DNA of 64,000 nucleotides from NCBI RefSeq assembly GCF_009914755.1, contig NC_060947.1; one strand, given 5' to 3'. A program made the translations under genes and the position numbers. The stretch comes from the human T2T-CHM13v2.0 reference genome, Homo sapiens. Of this stretch, positions 28,941-51,579 are shown piece after piece. Below the pieces are notes generated by a model. The model saw nothing but the letters and a program-made list of their open reading frames with translations, did no database searches and had not been told where the DNA came from. Every line of letters starts with the position of its first letter. The first letter of the stretch is position 1.

Positions 28941-29424
28941 TGGTGTTACAAGACTTGGCCCACTTAATCTTGCAAATTCTTTCTGCCCCTCTCCTGTGCT
29001 TAATGAGATCTGTTCTCTATGAATGTTCAGGACCTCAGGAGTAGGGACCCCAAAGGCTGGGGGCAAAGTAGATGTGACAGGTGCCAAGCATAGGATGTGT
29101 GACCAGATTCGGTCATGTGATTACATTGTGAAGTGACCCAGGCATTTTCATTAAGAAGGAAAGTGGTTGTAGGAGGAGGAAATTGAACACAACCCACACA
29201 TGGGTGGTTGGAAAATCTGAGACCTCTCGTGGGCATGCTCATCCATTTCACTCACCGGTACAGGGGAAATTCTTAGACCTGTCAGTGCAACTATTTGAAA
29301 TAAACATCCAAGAAAGGCAGCAAACTTCAGGTAGGATGAAGTCAGAAGTCCACCCTGAAGCACAGTAAAAGCCACAAGACAGAAGTGACTGATCCCATCC
29401 CAGGGATCCTAAAGAAGATTATCA

Positions 29425-29505
29425 TCAGACTTCTCATTGGAAACTTTGGAAGTCGGAAGGCAGTAGGCTGATAAATTCAAAATGCTAAAAAAGAAAACCA
29501 ATGAA
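29425..29505 (+). mobile_element. Short L1 ORF1-like fragment
   Basis: atcagacttctcattggaaactttggaagtcggaaggcagtagg resembles the L1 ORF1 ADFSxETLxARRxW region. Confidence 0.5.
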
Positions 29506-29684
29506 AACATGCTAACCAAGAAAAAAAAATGCTACATGGCTGAAGAAATCATGCAGAAATCTTAGCAACATTTTAAATGATCCAACAAGGTCTGTTGTTT
29601 CTGCGCAAATATGGGCAAACATGAGCTGGTATAGCTTATTTTTATGGGTGCAGGGAGCATGCAGTTATCTCCACTAGCATGTTT

Positions 29685-29979
29685 TTGTTTGTTTGCTTTG
29701 AGATGGATTCTCACTCTGTCGCCCAGGCTGGAGTGCAGTGGCACAATCTTGGCTCACTGCAACCTCCGTCTCCCGGGTTCAAGCAGTTCCCTGCCTCAGC
29801 CTCCTGAGTAGCTAGGATTACAGGTGCCCACCACCATGCCCAGCTAATTTTTGTATTTTTAGTAGAGATGGGGTTTCAGCATCTTGGCCAAGGCTGGTCT
29901 TGAACTCCTGACCTTGTGATCCACTCACATCAGCCTCCCAAAGTGCTGGGATTACAGGTGTGAGCCACCGCATCCAGCC
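29685..29979 (-). mobile_element. Alu
   Basis: Reverse dimer with (TTTG)n tail. Confidence 0.94.
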
Positions 29980-31211
29980 TGTTTTTCTTTTCAACTCATG
30001 CATAGGTTCAGAATTTAGTTCCAGGTATGTGAGAGCTCCTTGTAGATGTTTTTCATGATGAGGCACCTGGCTTACCAGACTTTATCTGACTTCTTGCTTT
30101 ATCTTCCCAACAGTTCAGCACCGTGGTGCGGTACAGGGTCCCATTAGCAGGTCTCATTTCCCACCACTGACTGAACATCAGCAGGCTCAATCCACAAGTC
30201 AGGGGCTGGGGATGTCTTGTCAAGAATTCCCTCTTTAGGGGCAGGAATGAAATTTATAACAACATCCATACTGTTTGATGGAGCCCTCTCTACATGGCAG
30301 GTGCTTTGCAAGCACTTTCAGAAAATCTGCACCAAACCTTATAGTAAGAATGATCGCTGTCATTCTACAAGTCAGAAACTTGAAGATCAGATTGGTGACA
30401 TGTTCAGCTAATGCACTGCTAATAAACAGCAGAAGTGAAATTCAAATATCAAGACATTTGTCCTCAAAGTCTATGCTTGTAACTAGATTATGGCCCTGAT
30501 ATCCTAGGGGTGAATCAGTTTCAGTTTCCCTTCCTGGACCCCCAGCAAGTAGTACATGGGAATTATTGTAGTCCGCTATAGCGGGGAGCAGTGTAAACAG
30601 ATAAACAAGGTTTTCCGGGGCCCTGGTTTAGGCAAATAAATCTTACAACTTATCTGGCTCTTTCAAGTCGACTTCAGACTTCGCCTTGCTTTCTAGACTG
30701 TTTTGCCTAATGGAAAATAGTGTTTGTATCTTTAGAAAATGTAATACGTGATTTTCCCCTCTCAATATTTTGCAGGTCAGAGATATTGCTTTGATCTATT
30801 TTCACATAATAATTATTATTTGAGGTCTCAAGACCAGCATCTTCATCTGTGTGGGGCTCTGAGTTAAGGGCTTTCCAGAGACTCACTCCTGCCGTTTCTT
30901 CTAACTCCCTTGAGCAGAGGCCAGCAGTAGAGAAACTTGATAAATAACACAAGTGCTATAATCCCTGAGTCCTCTAAGAAATGAGACACAAAGGAAAGAT
31001 CCAGGGACATTTTCACAGATGTGCCCAATTCCAGTGGCCCCAGGTTTCCCACCCTGCTGTTGATATTCTGCCACCCATAGTCGTGATCATCTGGCTACAA
31101 AACAGCAGGCAAGGCTGTGCATGAGTGATGTTACAGGTGGGCTCATGGCTACATGGATGTCTGGACATGTCTAGGTGTCCATATGCAGGACCTGAGGGAA
31201 AGTGAGAAGGA

Positions 31212-31870
31212 GGGAGGGATGGGTGAATAGATGGATAGATAAATGGATGGAAAGGTGGACGAATGGATAGATGCATGAATGGATGGTGAATTGGTGGGTA
31301 AAATGGAGGGATGGATGGGTGTTTGGATGGATATTTGGATGGATGGATGGAGGGATGGATGGGTGTTTGGATGGATATTTGGATGGATGGATGGATGGAT
31401 GGATGAGTGAATGGCTGAGTGGATGGGTAGACGGATGGATGGAGAGATGGATAAGTGTTTGATGGATGAATAGACACATACATGGATGGACAGGTGTTTG
31501 GGTGGATGTGTAGGTGGAAAGGTGGATAGATAGATTGATGGGTGGATGGATAGAGGGAATGATGGATCACTGAATACATGTGTCAATGAATGGGGGATGT
31601 ATCATTGGAGGGATGGGTGAGTGGTATGGTGGATGAGTAGATGAATGAGTGGGTGGATAGATGGATGGATGGATGGATGGATGGATGGATGGTAAGGTGG
31701 ATGAGTAGATGGGTGGATGGGTGGATGGATGGATGGATAGATGGATAGGTAGATAAGTAGATGATTGGATGGATGGATGCATGAATAAACAGGTTCATGG
31801 ATGGGTGGATGAGTGGATAGATGGATGGGTGGATGTGGGTGGCTGGATAGATATGTAGATAGATGCAAAG
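31212..31870. repeat. Degenerate (GGAT)n tract
   Basis: Read directly from the sequence. Confidence 0.92.
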
Positions 31871-32554
31871 GTGAATGCAAAGAGAAGGATAGATTTATGA
31901 GGATGCAAGTGAGAATTTTTCTCCTTAGGTCATCAGGGGAAAATTAAATCCTTACCCACGGAGACATCTTTCATTTGAGTCAGGCAGAGGCCCTCTTTTT
32001 CTCTCTCCTGGTGACCAGGACAAAGAGAAATGCAGGTGTAGAGAGCTCTGATCAGGGAGCCCTGCCTGCCTCCTGTCCTGGGTGACCTTTACCAAATCCT
32101 CTCCTGCGTTGGGTCTCCCTAACCTTGATTTTCAAATGGTGGCTTCAGGGCTTTGCCTTTTCTGTGTCTGTGGTTCTCTGTCATCTATCAAGTCTCCCAG
32201 GGAGCCCCTTCTTGCCTCCCCTCTGTCCCTTTGGCCCCCACTCCAGACCCCAGACTGGGTTCAGGGTTCCTCTCTAGAAGTCACTGATGGGAGCCCACAC
32301 CCTGAAAATGCCTTTAGTCTTCATTCCAGCCTCTCCTCTCTGCCAAGTGAGCTGCCCTTGCTGGCAGCAGTCACTTCCTCACACAGGGGGATGCTTGTTC
32401 CAGCACACTGAGTAAGTGCTGTCTCCTGAGTGGGAATTGGCTTGGCACAGGCGACCGTATGACTGTTTCAAAAAGTCATTCAAATTCTTTGTCTTGTACA
32501 TCCTGTCTGGAAGCACGTATATACATTCCCGCCTCCCCACTGGGCACGCTCTTA

Positions 32555-34784
<2,230 letters not shown>

Positions 34785-34829
34785 TGAGCAATGTTTAAAT
34801 CCTCAAAGCATCACTAGAATTCTGATAAC

Positions 34830-35492
34830 TGTTTTTACAAAGAAGGAAAGGAATCATTATTGGCAAGGATGTGGAAACATTAGAATTCTCCTACTTTGCT
34901 GGTGGGAAGTTAAAGTGGTGTAGCCACTATGGAAGGCAGTTTTATGGCTCTTCAGAAAATTAAACACAGAATTACCAAGTGATGTAGCAATCCTACTTCT
35001 ACCTAATACCTAAAGATACTGAAAACAAATGTGTAAACAGAAATTTGTACACAAATGTATGTAGCAATATTCAAAATGCCAAAAGGTGAAAACAGTCCGA
35101 TGTCCATCTAATACTAAATGGATAAACCCCATGTGTTCCATCCATACAATGGAATATTATTCAGCCACGAAAAGGAATGAAACAGTCACATGCTACAACA
35201 TGAATGAACCTTGAAGACGTTATGCTAAGTGCAGAAAGAGAGACACAAAAGGTCACATATTGTAGGAGTCCATTTATATAAAATGTCCAGAATAGTTAAA
35301 GCCATCAAGACAGAAATTGAACTCATGGTTGCTTAGGGCTGGGGGCAGGGAAAATGAACAGTGATTACTTGATAGGTACGAAGTTTCCTTTGGCGGTGAT
35401 GGCAGGGTTCTGGAACTAGATAGCGGTGATGGTGGCATAACACTGTGGATGTAGTCAATGCGCCTGAATTGTTCACTTAAAAATGGTAAAAA
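34830..35492 (+). mobile_element. L1MB/MC-type 3' end
   Basis: ttggcaaggatgtggaa...catacaatggaatattattcagcc...gaattgttcacttaaaaatggtaaaa. Confidence 0.88.
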
Positions 35493-35494
35493 CG

Positions 35495-36100
<606 letters not shown>

Positions 36101-37424
36101 AAATACATATGTACACAAATGAAAAGGTTAAATGATGAAATTAATGTTATGGGTATTTTTCCACAACAACATGCTTCCCCACAGAAATCTCAGTGGAGAA
36201 GACAGGAGTGTGGCAGACCAACATGCTTCTGGAGCTCCACAAAGCTGTCCCTTTAATTGGCAGCACGCCTGGTAAAGGCTGTTTGCTTTGTGGACGTTGA
36301 CCTCCACCTGCTGGCCCAGTGACTCCTGCTATCTTCATTTTGTCCAGTTCACCTCTCAGTCCCCAGAGCCGTACAACCATCTATAGGTTCTTGCTTCTCC
36401 CTTTTCCCCTAGAAGCATCTCCTGGGAATCACCCCTGACCAAAAGCCCCAGGCACCTCTCCAAGACCCCCTACAGAAGCCTAAACAGCCCTTACATTCAT
36501 TGCCTTTGGACCTACCCGAAGTCAACAAGTTCCAAACTCGTCAGAAACTGGGAGAAGTCTCAGCCCCAAATCAATAGCAGCCGTTGTCAGCTCCTCCCAG
36601 CTCAAAGTCCCCCAGAGATCGGTTCCCTGGTCTGAGTCAGGAACGAGAGACTGAAAAGCATGGGGATCTGGTGCTTTTTCTTCGTAGGGTTAGTCGCTTT
36701 CCCCACCAAAAAACCTACCAACTGAAAGATCACTGATTGGATGGGTCAACCAGCCTCAGCTACCAGATGTCTTTGAGATGGGGAGCCAGCCCCCTAAAGC
36801 TGAGTCTCTGTGTGTGGCTTCCAAATACCTGGTCCCCTGGGTGCAGACAGAAGAGAGGACGCAGAGGCTGGACATCTCCCAGAGGAGGGGGAGACTGGCT
36901 GGTCACCAGATAATCTTGCTTCCCTCTCTGATGTCATAGGAACATGAACAGACTTGGAGATGCTGATTGAAAGTACATGTCACCTGAAGGAGACATTGGT
37001 TCCAGAGCCATTAATTCCTAACCTTCTACCATACTCTCTGCATGGTGGAAGATGCCAGAACATTCTCAGAGCTTGAGAAAAAAGAGGAATTGAGAGAAGG
37101 GACGGGGGTCAAGAGATAGAGAAGGTGAGAGGAATGTGAGAGAAGCAGGGGACGGAGGAGAAGAGAGGAAGGATAACTCAGAAGCTCAGGTCTAACTTCA
37201 CCCCACTCCCCTTAGGACCCCCCAACTCTAACTGTTGTTTCTGAGAGTTCCTGGGGGCCACCCATAAACAATGAGGTTAAATGTAAATGGAAGGGCAGGA
37301 CTCTGTTGAAGTCTGCAGAAGGTACCCTGTTGGCTGCATAGTCACCAGCTCTCATGACCCAAAGAGGAGAGTGAGCAGGTGACTGGATCATCAGTGAGGG
37401 TAAATCTGGAAGACAGAATTGGAG

Positions 37425-37560
37425 CCAGGTGCAGTGGCTCACAACTGTAACCCCAGCACCTTTGGAGGCCAAGGTAGAAGGAGCACTTGAGCCTCAGGAG
37501 TTTGAGACCAGCCTGGGCAACATAGCCAGACCCTGTCTCTACAAATAATTTTTAAAAATT
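37425..37560 (+). mobile_element. Alu left monomer (FLAM/AluJ-like)
   Basis: gccaggtgcagtggctcac...gaccagcctgggcaacatag. Confidence 0.8.
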
Positions 37561-38597
37561 CATTGAAGGATTTCTAAAGACCACTTGAGTGGTTTATGTC
37601 TCCTGGAGTCAGAACCCAGGGAGGATTTTTGCTGAAATACCAAAGCCGCAGGGAGCATGAATAGAGATGTTCAGACAGAAATTAAGTTTGAAGAAATAGA
37701 CTTTGGCAGAGAGGCACGTGGCCACAGACAAGAACTCATCATGCATTCATTCTTTCACTCACTCAGCAAACATTAAATGGACTCTGTCTAACTGCATTTC
37801 CCTCTCTTGACAAGAGGGATACATCGGAGAGAGACAGGCTGAAGGAATGTAGAGTTGATATTGGACCTGGGAGCTTTCCAAAGGCACTGTGCTCTCCTGT
37901 GCCCTTCTTCGCATCCCAGTCTCTACGATGTTGACCGTGTTCGTGGGTTTCACATTGCTGTTGACATACCAGAAAGAATATGCATGAACCACAGTGACAA
38001 ATGTCATTCATAATCATTTTCAGCACAGAATAACCTACAGAAATGTCTTCTGTGTACCTTCCCCTGCAATATTTTGTGATTCTGATGCAACTGGAGACAA
38101 AACATCTCTTATCCATGGCCTCTCTTGAATCAATTTTATCTCCAATCTGCCTTTTCATGGGTACTCTAACAAGAAAGCAAACAAGGAAAGTTCAGCTGGT
38201 CTAGCAGTTCTGAGACAGCAAATTATCTCACTGTTGATGTGGACAAAGAGCCTCTTGCAGAAAGACTATACTTAACTCTGAGAATCTGGGTCCCAGCTTT
38301 TTTTTTTTTAATCCAGAGAGACGTAAATCTGAAAGAATCTGAGTCCCAGCCGAGCTGAGAGAGGAGTAAAATCACGGAGGCATGCCTCCACTCAGAACAC
38401 ATCATTATCGTGCTTTTATATGGAAGGCACAGCCATTCACTCATTGTCCGATAGACGTTTCCATTGAACGTTGGATCTCTTCAAACCAAGTGTCTGCAAA
38501 CATGATGGGTTTTGCACTGATGCTGAGGATGAATCCAACAGGAAAGATACAGAGAAACATCACATTGCACCCCAGAGACATATGCAATTATTGTTTA

Positions 38598-38942
<345 letters not shown>

Positions 38943-40509
38943 TCATTTTAATTATTTCTGCTTTAAGTTTATTATTTAAATGGTATCTCAAACGAAGAAG
39001 GCTGGCCACTCGTTCCCTCTTCTGTTACCCTATCATTGGAGGTTTTGTTCTTTGCCTTGGTATGTTGAGAGAACCCAGAGGTCTGTGAGTAAAATTCCGG
39101 GGTTTTGTCAACTCAGATGGGACAAAGTCTACATCTCTGGGTTCACTCACTTGTAACTGAAATTCAGCATTGCCTGTGGACATAGGCAACATCCCACAAC
39201 AATGTTAGTCTTGCCTGTAGATTTCTCACCAACCATTATCACAAATACTTTCCTATCCCTGTACAGGAGTTGCAGATGAAATATCCTTTATGCTCATGAC
39301 CACTTCAGCGTTACTGTGCATCTTGGACCTGCCTCAAATTATTTTAATCTTATGAATATCTAATGCATTACTGTGTTTCCATTGCACAAAATAAAACAAT
39401 GACTTAGCAGTTGCCCAGGCGAGGGGAACCACTTCCAACAGGTGGGACTAATCATTCAGGGTTTTCGAAAGTTCTCTGTGTAGTTGGATTTTAAGCTCCT
39501 GAGTTAATCTGATAGAACTTTCTCATCTGGTTTTAAGAAGTGTGGTTAATGGGGATCTCTTGACTGTAGAATCAGTTTTAAAACACCACATTTACTTCTG
39601 ACAGTAGGTAAATTTTACCTTGGGCAGAATTGTATGGCCTTGGTGGTAGTTAGTATAAATTAGTATGAATTAACTTGGGCATATGTGAAAATTACTATAG
39701 CATAAATTAATGAAGGCCTATGTGAAATTTTGCAATTATTTTCTATATTCACCTAAAATGGCATTGCACTGGAAATATAGTATGCTTCTTTTGTGATTTC
39801 TACATATCTCTGTTTTTTTCTCATATCAGATTCTACTTTACCCCTCAGTGACAGTCATTTTACACCCCTCTCTGTCTCAATGTCCGAGGCACCCTGGGAC
39901 CATCCTGGCTGGAAGGCATAGTGACATTGCTGGCCTGAGCTGAAGTGCCGATTAAAATAAATTGAAAGCTGAATTACCTTATGAACAGCTGCTTTACCCA
40001 GGAACAAATGTGGAGAGGAACTCCTTGAAACTGTGTTCTCAAGTAGACCACTTTTGAGAAATTATACATTTATCATAACATCTCAAGTCCTGCTCTACAT
40101 AGAATGACCATTATTATCAAGAAAAGTTCTCCATTCCCTGTAATTCATAAGGCAATGCAGGCCTAACCAGAAAACAGGAACTGCGACAACCTTGCATCAG
40201 ACACATTCGATCTCTCTATTCATAGTTGCATTCTCTTTTTTTTTGTTTACAAAGCCAATCACCAATAACTCGGAAAACAAAAACAAAAAAAAAAAAAATG
40301 AACACATTGTTGAGCTCGCTTCTGAGAAAGATTCTGCATTGTGAATGTCAGGATTCCACATTTCTGAAGCACCTTTGCTCCTCCAGAAAGCATATCTCTA
40401 GTTTCATGGTGATACGAGAGAGAAATGACAATTGTCTGTATTATCAGGATGGCCCATTGTGCTCTGTGGATCTCAATCAATGTGGACATCAGCCATGATC
40501 AAGCTCTTT

Positions 40510-40894
40510 CTTTTCTCTCTCTCTCCTTCCTTCCTTCCCCCTTCCCCTCCCCTCCCCCTTTCCCTTTCCTTTACCTTGTTTCTTGCTTCCCTTCCCCCTC
40601 CCCTTCCCTTCCCTCCTCTCTCCTCCTCCCTCCCCCCTTCCCCCTCCCCTTCCCTTCCCCCTCCCCTTCCCCTCCCCCTCCCCTTCCCTCCCCTTCCCTT
40701 CCCCCTCCCCTTCCCTCCCCTTCCCTTCCCCCTCCCCTTCCCTTCCCTCCCCTCTCCCCTTCCCTTCCCTCCCCTCTCCCCTTCCCTCCCCCCTCCCCTT
40801 CCCCCCCATTCCTCCTCTCTCCCCCTCCCCTACCCCCTCCCCTTCCCTCCACTTCTGTCCCCCTTCCCTTTTCTTTTTGCTTCTTTTCTTTTCT
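40510..40894. repeat. C-rich polypyrimidine tract (CCCCT/CCCTT)n, probably the expanded tail of the adjacent minus-strand Alu
   Basis: About 380 nt almost purely C/T, ending at ttttcttgagacagg. Confidence 0.92.
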
Positions 40895-42313
<1,419 letters not shown>

Positions 42314-42758
42314 CCAACCATGTTTCTATACAAGCGTCCCAGACCCTGGAGATGACAGCAGACCAGAGAGTGATTGAACTATGCAGAGTCCCAGTCCCAC
42401 CTCCCAAATCCCTTCTCCTCTCTCCTTTGCCCACCTACTACCCCCCACCTTAAAAAACACCCTGTATCAATACCCGGTAGGGCCAGAGGCATTATTTGAG
42501 GCTCTTCATTATTTTCTGAGACATCAATAGACTACGTGTTGGCAGAATAATTGACTTTGCAATTTACATTGGTGATATAGGAGGGACAGATCCTGCTTCT
42601 CGGAAACCTCCATGATTTGCACATGTGCCTGCCTCCTCCTTTGCAGGTGCGGTGTTTGGGAAGGAGCAGTGAGCCACAGGGGGATGGGAGCCCAAGGTGT
42701 GGCCCTGCAGGGAGGGTCCAATGGCCCATGAGTGTGGGTGATTCAAGAATGTCAGACT

Positions 42759-43060
42759 GGCTGGGCACGGTGGCTCACTCCTGTAATCTCAGCACTTTGG
42801 GAGGCCAAGGCGGGCAGATTACCTGAGGTCGGGAGTTGGAGACCATCCTGGCCAAGATGGTGAAACCCTGTCTCGACTAAAAATACAAAAATTAGCTAAG
42901 TGTAGTAGCAGGTGCCTGTAATCCTAGCTACTTGGGAGGCTGAGGCAGGGAAGTGCTTGAACCCAGGAGGTGGAGGTTGCAGTGAGCCAAGATCATGCTA
43001 CTGCACTCCAGCCTGGGCAACAGGGTGAGACTCCAACTCAAAAAAAAAAAAAAAAAAAAA
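42759..43060 (+). mobile_element. Alu
   Basis: Full dimer with poly(A). Confidence 0.94.
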
Positions 43061-43061
43061 A

Positions 43062-45588
<2,527 letters not shown>

Positions 45589-46169
45589 CCGTCATAGTTT
45601 CTAAAACACCCACACCACAACAGTAATCTTGACTCAACTTCAGCTCCTCATCCTGTGTCTAAGCCAAGTTTAGCCGAAGAAAACATCTGCCGAGAAAGTA
45701 AAAACAAAAACATCTGCCAAAGGCAAGAACCCGGTGGGAAGCCCCCTGAGCCCAGTGGCCTGCAGAGTCTGTTCTAGTGACAAAGCAGGCAACTGGAAGA
45801 GATCAGGGCTGCGAGACAGCGTGGGTGGGTTTTTATCTGCTGCTTCTGTAAATTCATTGCATGATACGTCTGTTTTTCAGAGGTCCCAAAGCAAAGAAAC
45901 AAAGCCCCACAGAGTTCACCCAGAGGGAAGGCCTTCACTGGATCAGGCTATAAGAGAAGGACTCTCCCCTGAGAAAGATAAATACTTATTTTGGGGCCGT
46001 GTTTAGAGAAAAAGGAAGAACGATGGCTTTCCCATAGAAACATTTACTTATTTTGTGATTTGAAAATGGACTTTTATGTTTTAGGAATTATGTGGATGGG
46101 ATGTTTTCTTGGGTGATCGATTTGAAATTGCAGAGGGGAGCAGGTGCCATGTGCTGGCAATGGCCGGCC

Positions 46170-46225
46170 TTCCTTCCTTCCTTCCTTCCTTCCTTCCTTC
46201 CTTCCTTCCTTCCTTCCTTCCTTCC
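46170..46225 (-). repeat. Perfect (GGAA)14 microsatellite, followed by a CT-rich tract to ~46350
   Basis: 14 uninterrupted TTCC units counted on the + strand. Confidence 0.96.
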
Positions 46226-46583
46226 TCCATTCCTCCTACCCCCCGTTTCTTCCTTCTTTCTCTCTCTTTCTTTCCTTTTCTCTTTTTCTTTCTTTTTCTT
46301 TCTTTTCTTTCTTTCTTTCTCTCTCTCTCTTTCTCTCTCTCTCTCTTTCATTTTGTTTGTTTTAATGAGTGAGAGTAAAGAGAAAGAAAAGAACTGTTTT
46401 TATTTTTTGTCTACCTTTATTGTAAGGAGAGAGTGAGGATACCATGCCACACATGCAGGGTCCTGAGCAGAGGGCTGCACCCTGCTTAGTTCTAAAGACA
46501 CCTAGACTTTATCCTGAAAGCCACTGAGAGGCCCATATTTTGAAACACTCAGCCTCTCAGAAGAGGATAGAATGGGTTGCCAG

Positions 46584-47116
46584 TGTAATAGGGAGAGAAA
46601 TCGAACATAGCTGACTCCATGTTGCTTCTGACTCCTCAAGCTAACTGCTTTTAGGCACTTCTGCACACGGGCCAAGTTAATCATGGAAAGAACTTAGATT
46701 ACAGTTTAACTGGAAAGCAAGGATGATAAGCGTTCCTTTCCAAAACTAACCTCTGAGGAGATAAGAAGGGCATGCACACAAGTAACAATGTTATATTGAA
46801 GACTTGTAGGAGCGCTGTGACCTGAGCAAGGACAAAGTTTTGCAATCTCCTTGGGCCCCTGCTGATGCCCAAGTGTCTGTGGTCACCAGCCACCCCCCTC
46901 ACCTCAGTCTCCTCCTTGTTCCCCTTCAGTGTACCCCTTCAATGTACAAAGAAGCTTGAGATTCATGCCTTTAAAGATGGTTCGTTAGGACATGGGTCCA
47001 GTATCTTCCTGACTTGCTGGCTCTCCAAATAAAGATGCTTTTCTTGCTCTAACTTTTTGTCTCGTGAATCATTGGCTGTTATGCAGTGAGCCTCAGGAAC
47101 TTTGGACTCCACAGCA
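46584..47116 (+). mobile_element. MER31-like ERV1 solo LTR
   Basis: TG...CA ends, 4-bp TSD CCAG (46580-46583 and 47117-47120), AATAAA at ~47028, gactccatgttgcttct motif. Confidence 0.78.
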
Positions 47117-47134
47117 CCAGGACAACTCTCAGGA

Positions 47135-47297
47135 CTCCCAGTCTCTATTGGGTGCAGGAATCACTGGGGAGTCTGGCTGAAGTGCAGACTCTGATTGAGG
47201 AGGCCTGGGACACGAGGCCTGAGATTCTGCATCTCCAGTAAGCACCAAGGGGATGTTGATGCTGCTGATCCAGGGACCACACCTTGGAGAGCAATGC
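47135..47297. mobile_element. MER5-type hAT-Charlie remnant
   Basis: gcagactctgatt...gagattctgcatctc...gatgctgctgatccagggaccacaccttggaga. Confidence 0.72.
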
Positions 47298-47780
47298 TGA
47301 GAAGCTGGTGGAAGAGCCCAGGCTCATGAAGATCTGAACATGGTCCATAGCAGGGAGGTTGGGGAAATGAGATAAAAATGTTAAAAATGGCAGTTACCTT
47401 CCTGGAGAAGAAATGGCTTTTCCATTCCTTATTAGGCTCATGTCTTTGGAACTAGCCCCCACTGGTCTCCTTCCTGTTATATACCTGCAGTTACCATGTT
47501 CTTGTTAAGGAAGAATGGCAAATGCAAAAAAAAAAAAAAAAAAAGAGGAAGTTGATCATGTTTGGTTGCTTTTGGTCATCACAATAAATAAATAAAATCT
47601 GAAATTTCCCCCTGACTTTGCAAATGTTTTCTTCCAAGGAGAGCAACAGACATGTGTCAGCCTTATTGGATTTCTTTGGTTCCCGAACAGCCTGCCATGA
47701 GGTATGAAGGACACATGACCTTTTATGTAATTGGTGAGACCCAATGTCTTCCAGATGTTGGGTGTCTCATCCCAGTGTGA

Positions 47781-48583
<803 letters not shown>

Positions 48584-48860
48584 AGAAAAGGTAATTTTAA
48601 AGGCAAAGAAGCGAGATGACTTGAGTAACGGTGTTCCCCATGCATGGTTATTAACAAATGTTTCCTGACTGCTTACCTGTCAAAAACATTGAACAGGTAG
48701 AATGTGTGGTCCCAGGAGGTGACAAACTTCCTATTTTAAATGAAATATTTCAAAACAGATTAGACCTCCAAGTCAAAGGGGTGATAAGGAATTTCATGGG
48801 AGTTCAATGATCTTTTAAAAAAAAATGATTGTAAGCCTATTAGGAATTAGCATATAAAGT

Positions 48861-50410
<1,550 letters not shown>

Positions 50411-50414
50411 CTCA

Positions 50415-50980
50415 TGTATTTGTATCTCTATCTGTCTCTCTCTCTCTTTCTCTCTCTCTCTGTCTCTCTATTATCTATGTATCCATTCATCCATCTATCC
50501 ATATCTATCTATATATCTATCCATATCTATCTATATGTCTATCTGCCTATGCATTTATCTATCTATATCATCTATATATCCATTTATCCATCTATATTAT
50601 CTATCCATATCTATCATCTATATATCTACCTATTCTTTCTATCTATATATCTATCCATTCATCCATTTATCCATATCTATCATCTATATATCTATCCATA
50701 ACTATGTATCTACCTATCTATCCATTCATCTATCTCTATCCATCTATCTATCTACCTACCTGTCTGCCTATTCATCCATGTATCTACCTCTATCCATCAT
50801 TTATCCATGAATCTACTTCTTTCTATCAATATATCCATACATGTATCTATATCTATTTAGCAATCATCTATCCATGTATCTATTTGGATCTCTATCAATC
50901 CATGTATTGATATTTACCTATCTATGCATTAATGTATCTATATCCATTTATCCATGTATCTCTATGTATCTCTACATTTC
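50415..50980. repeat. Degenerate (TCTA/TCCA)n tract
   Basis: Read directly from the sequence. Confidence 0.9.
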
Positions 50981-51579
50981 ATATACATTTGCACTTCTTA
51001 TATATGCTATGTCTCAAACACGTGCCCACTCACATTTGCATGTGTGTCTGAATGTATACACACATACACACACATTTAGTGAAGGGGCACCCTGACTTGA
51101 TTTGTACATATCTCAGTGGTGACAGTCATCAGCAAGAAGCAGCCCCAGGACCTGGGCTGATTGCACCCTTCTCAGGCCCCAGCCTGAGTCCCAAGCAACA
51201 CTGCGGAGGCTCACAGAAGAGTCCACCCAGCCAAGGCCACCCCTGGGACCTCTCCTCACTGGAGGAGCCTCATGCCTTTGGCTTCCATTTCTCTTCAAAC
51301 GGCATAATGAACACCCACACTCCTGGTGTGCCCTTGGGATATAAAATTAGAGCCAGATTAAGCATGCTTGCTGGCCCTGTGGTGACCACTACAAATGAGG
51401 TGTTTTCCACTTCCCATCATTTCCATGCAGTGGTATTTAAAAAGGAAATGGTTTCCATTGCAAAACATTTTCTGTGACTTTTGGCTGCAATATTTTGCTG
51501 CTTATGCTTTTTTTCTCATATTTTCCTTCCCCTGCATATATTTTCTTTACATTAAAATTTTTCTTTAAAAATATTCCTT

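Noticed and set aside
39030-39370. Possible old hAT-Charlie DNA transposon fragment; also an LTR-like stretch at ~9400-9770
   Set aside because: The resemblance is too vague to name a family without a Dfam search.
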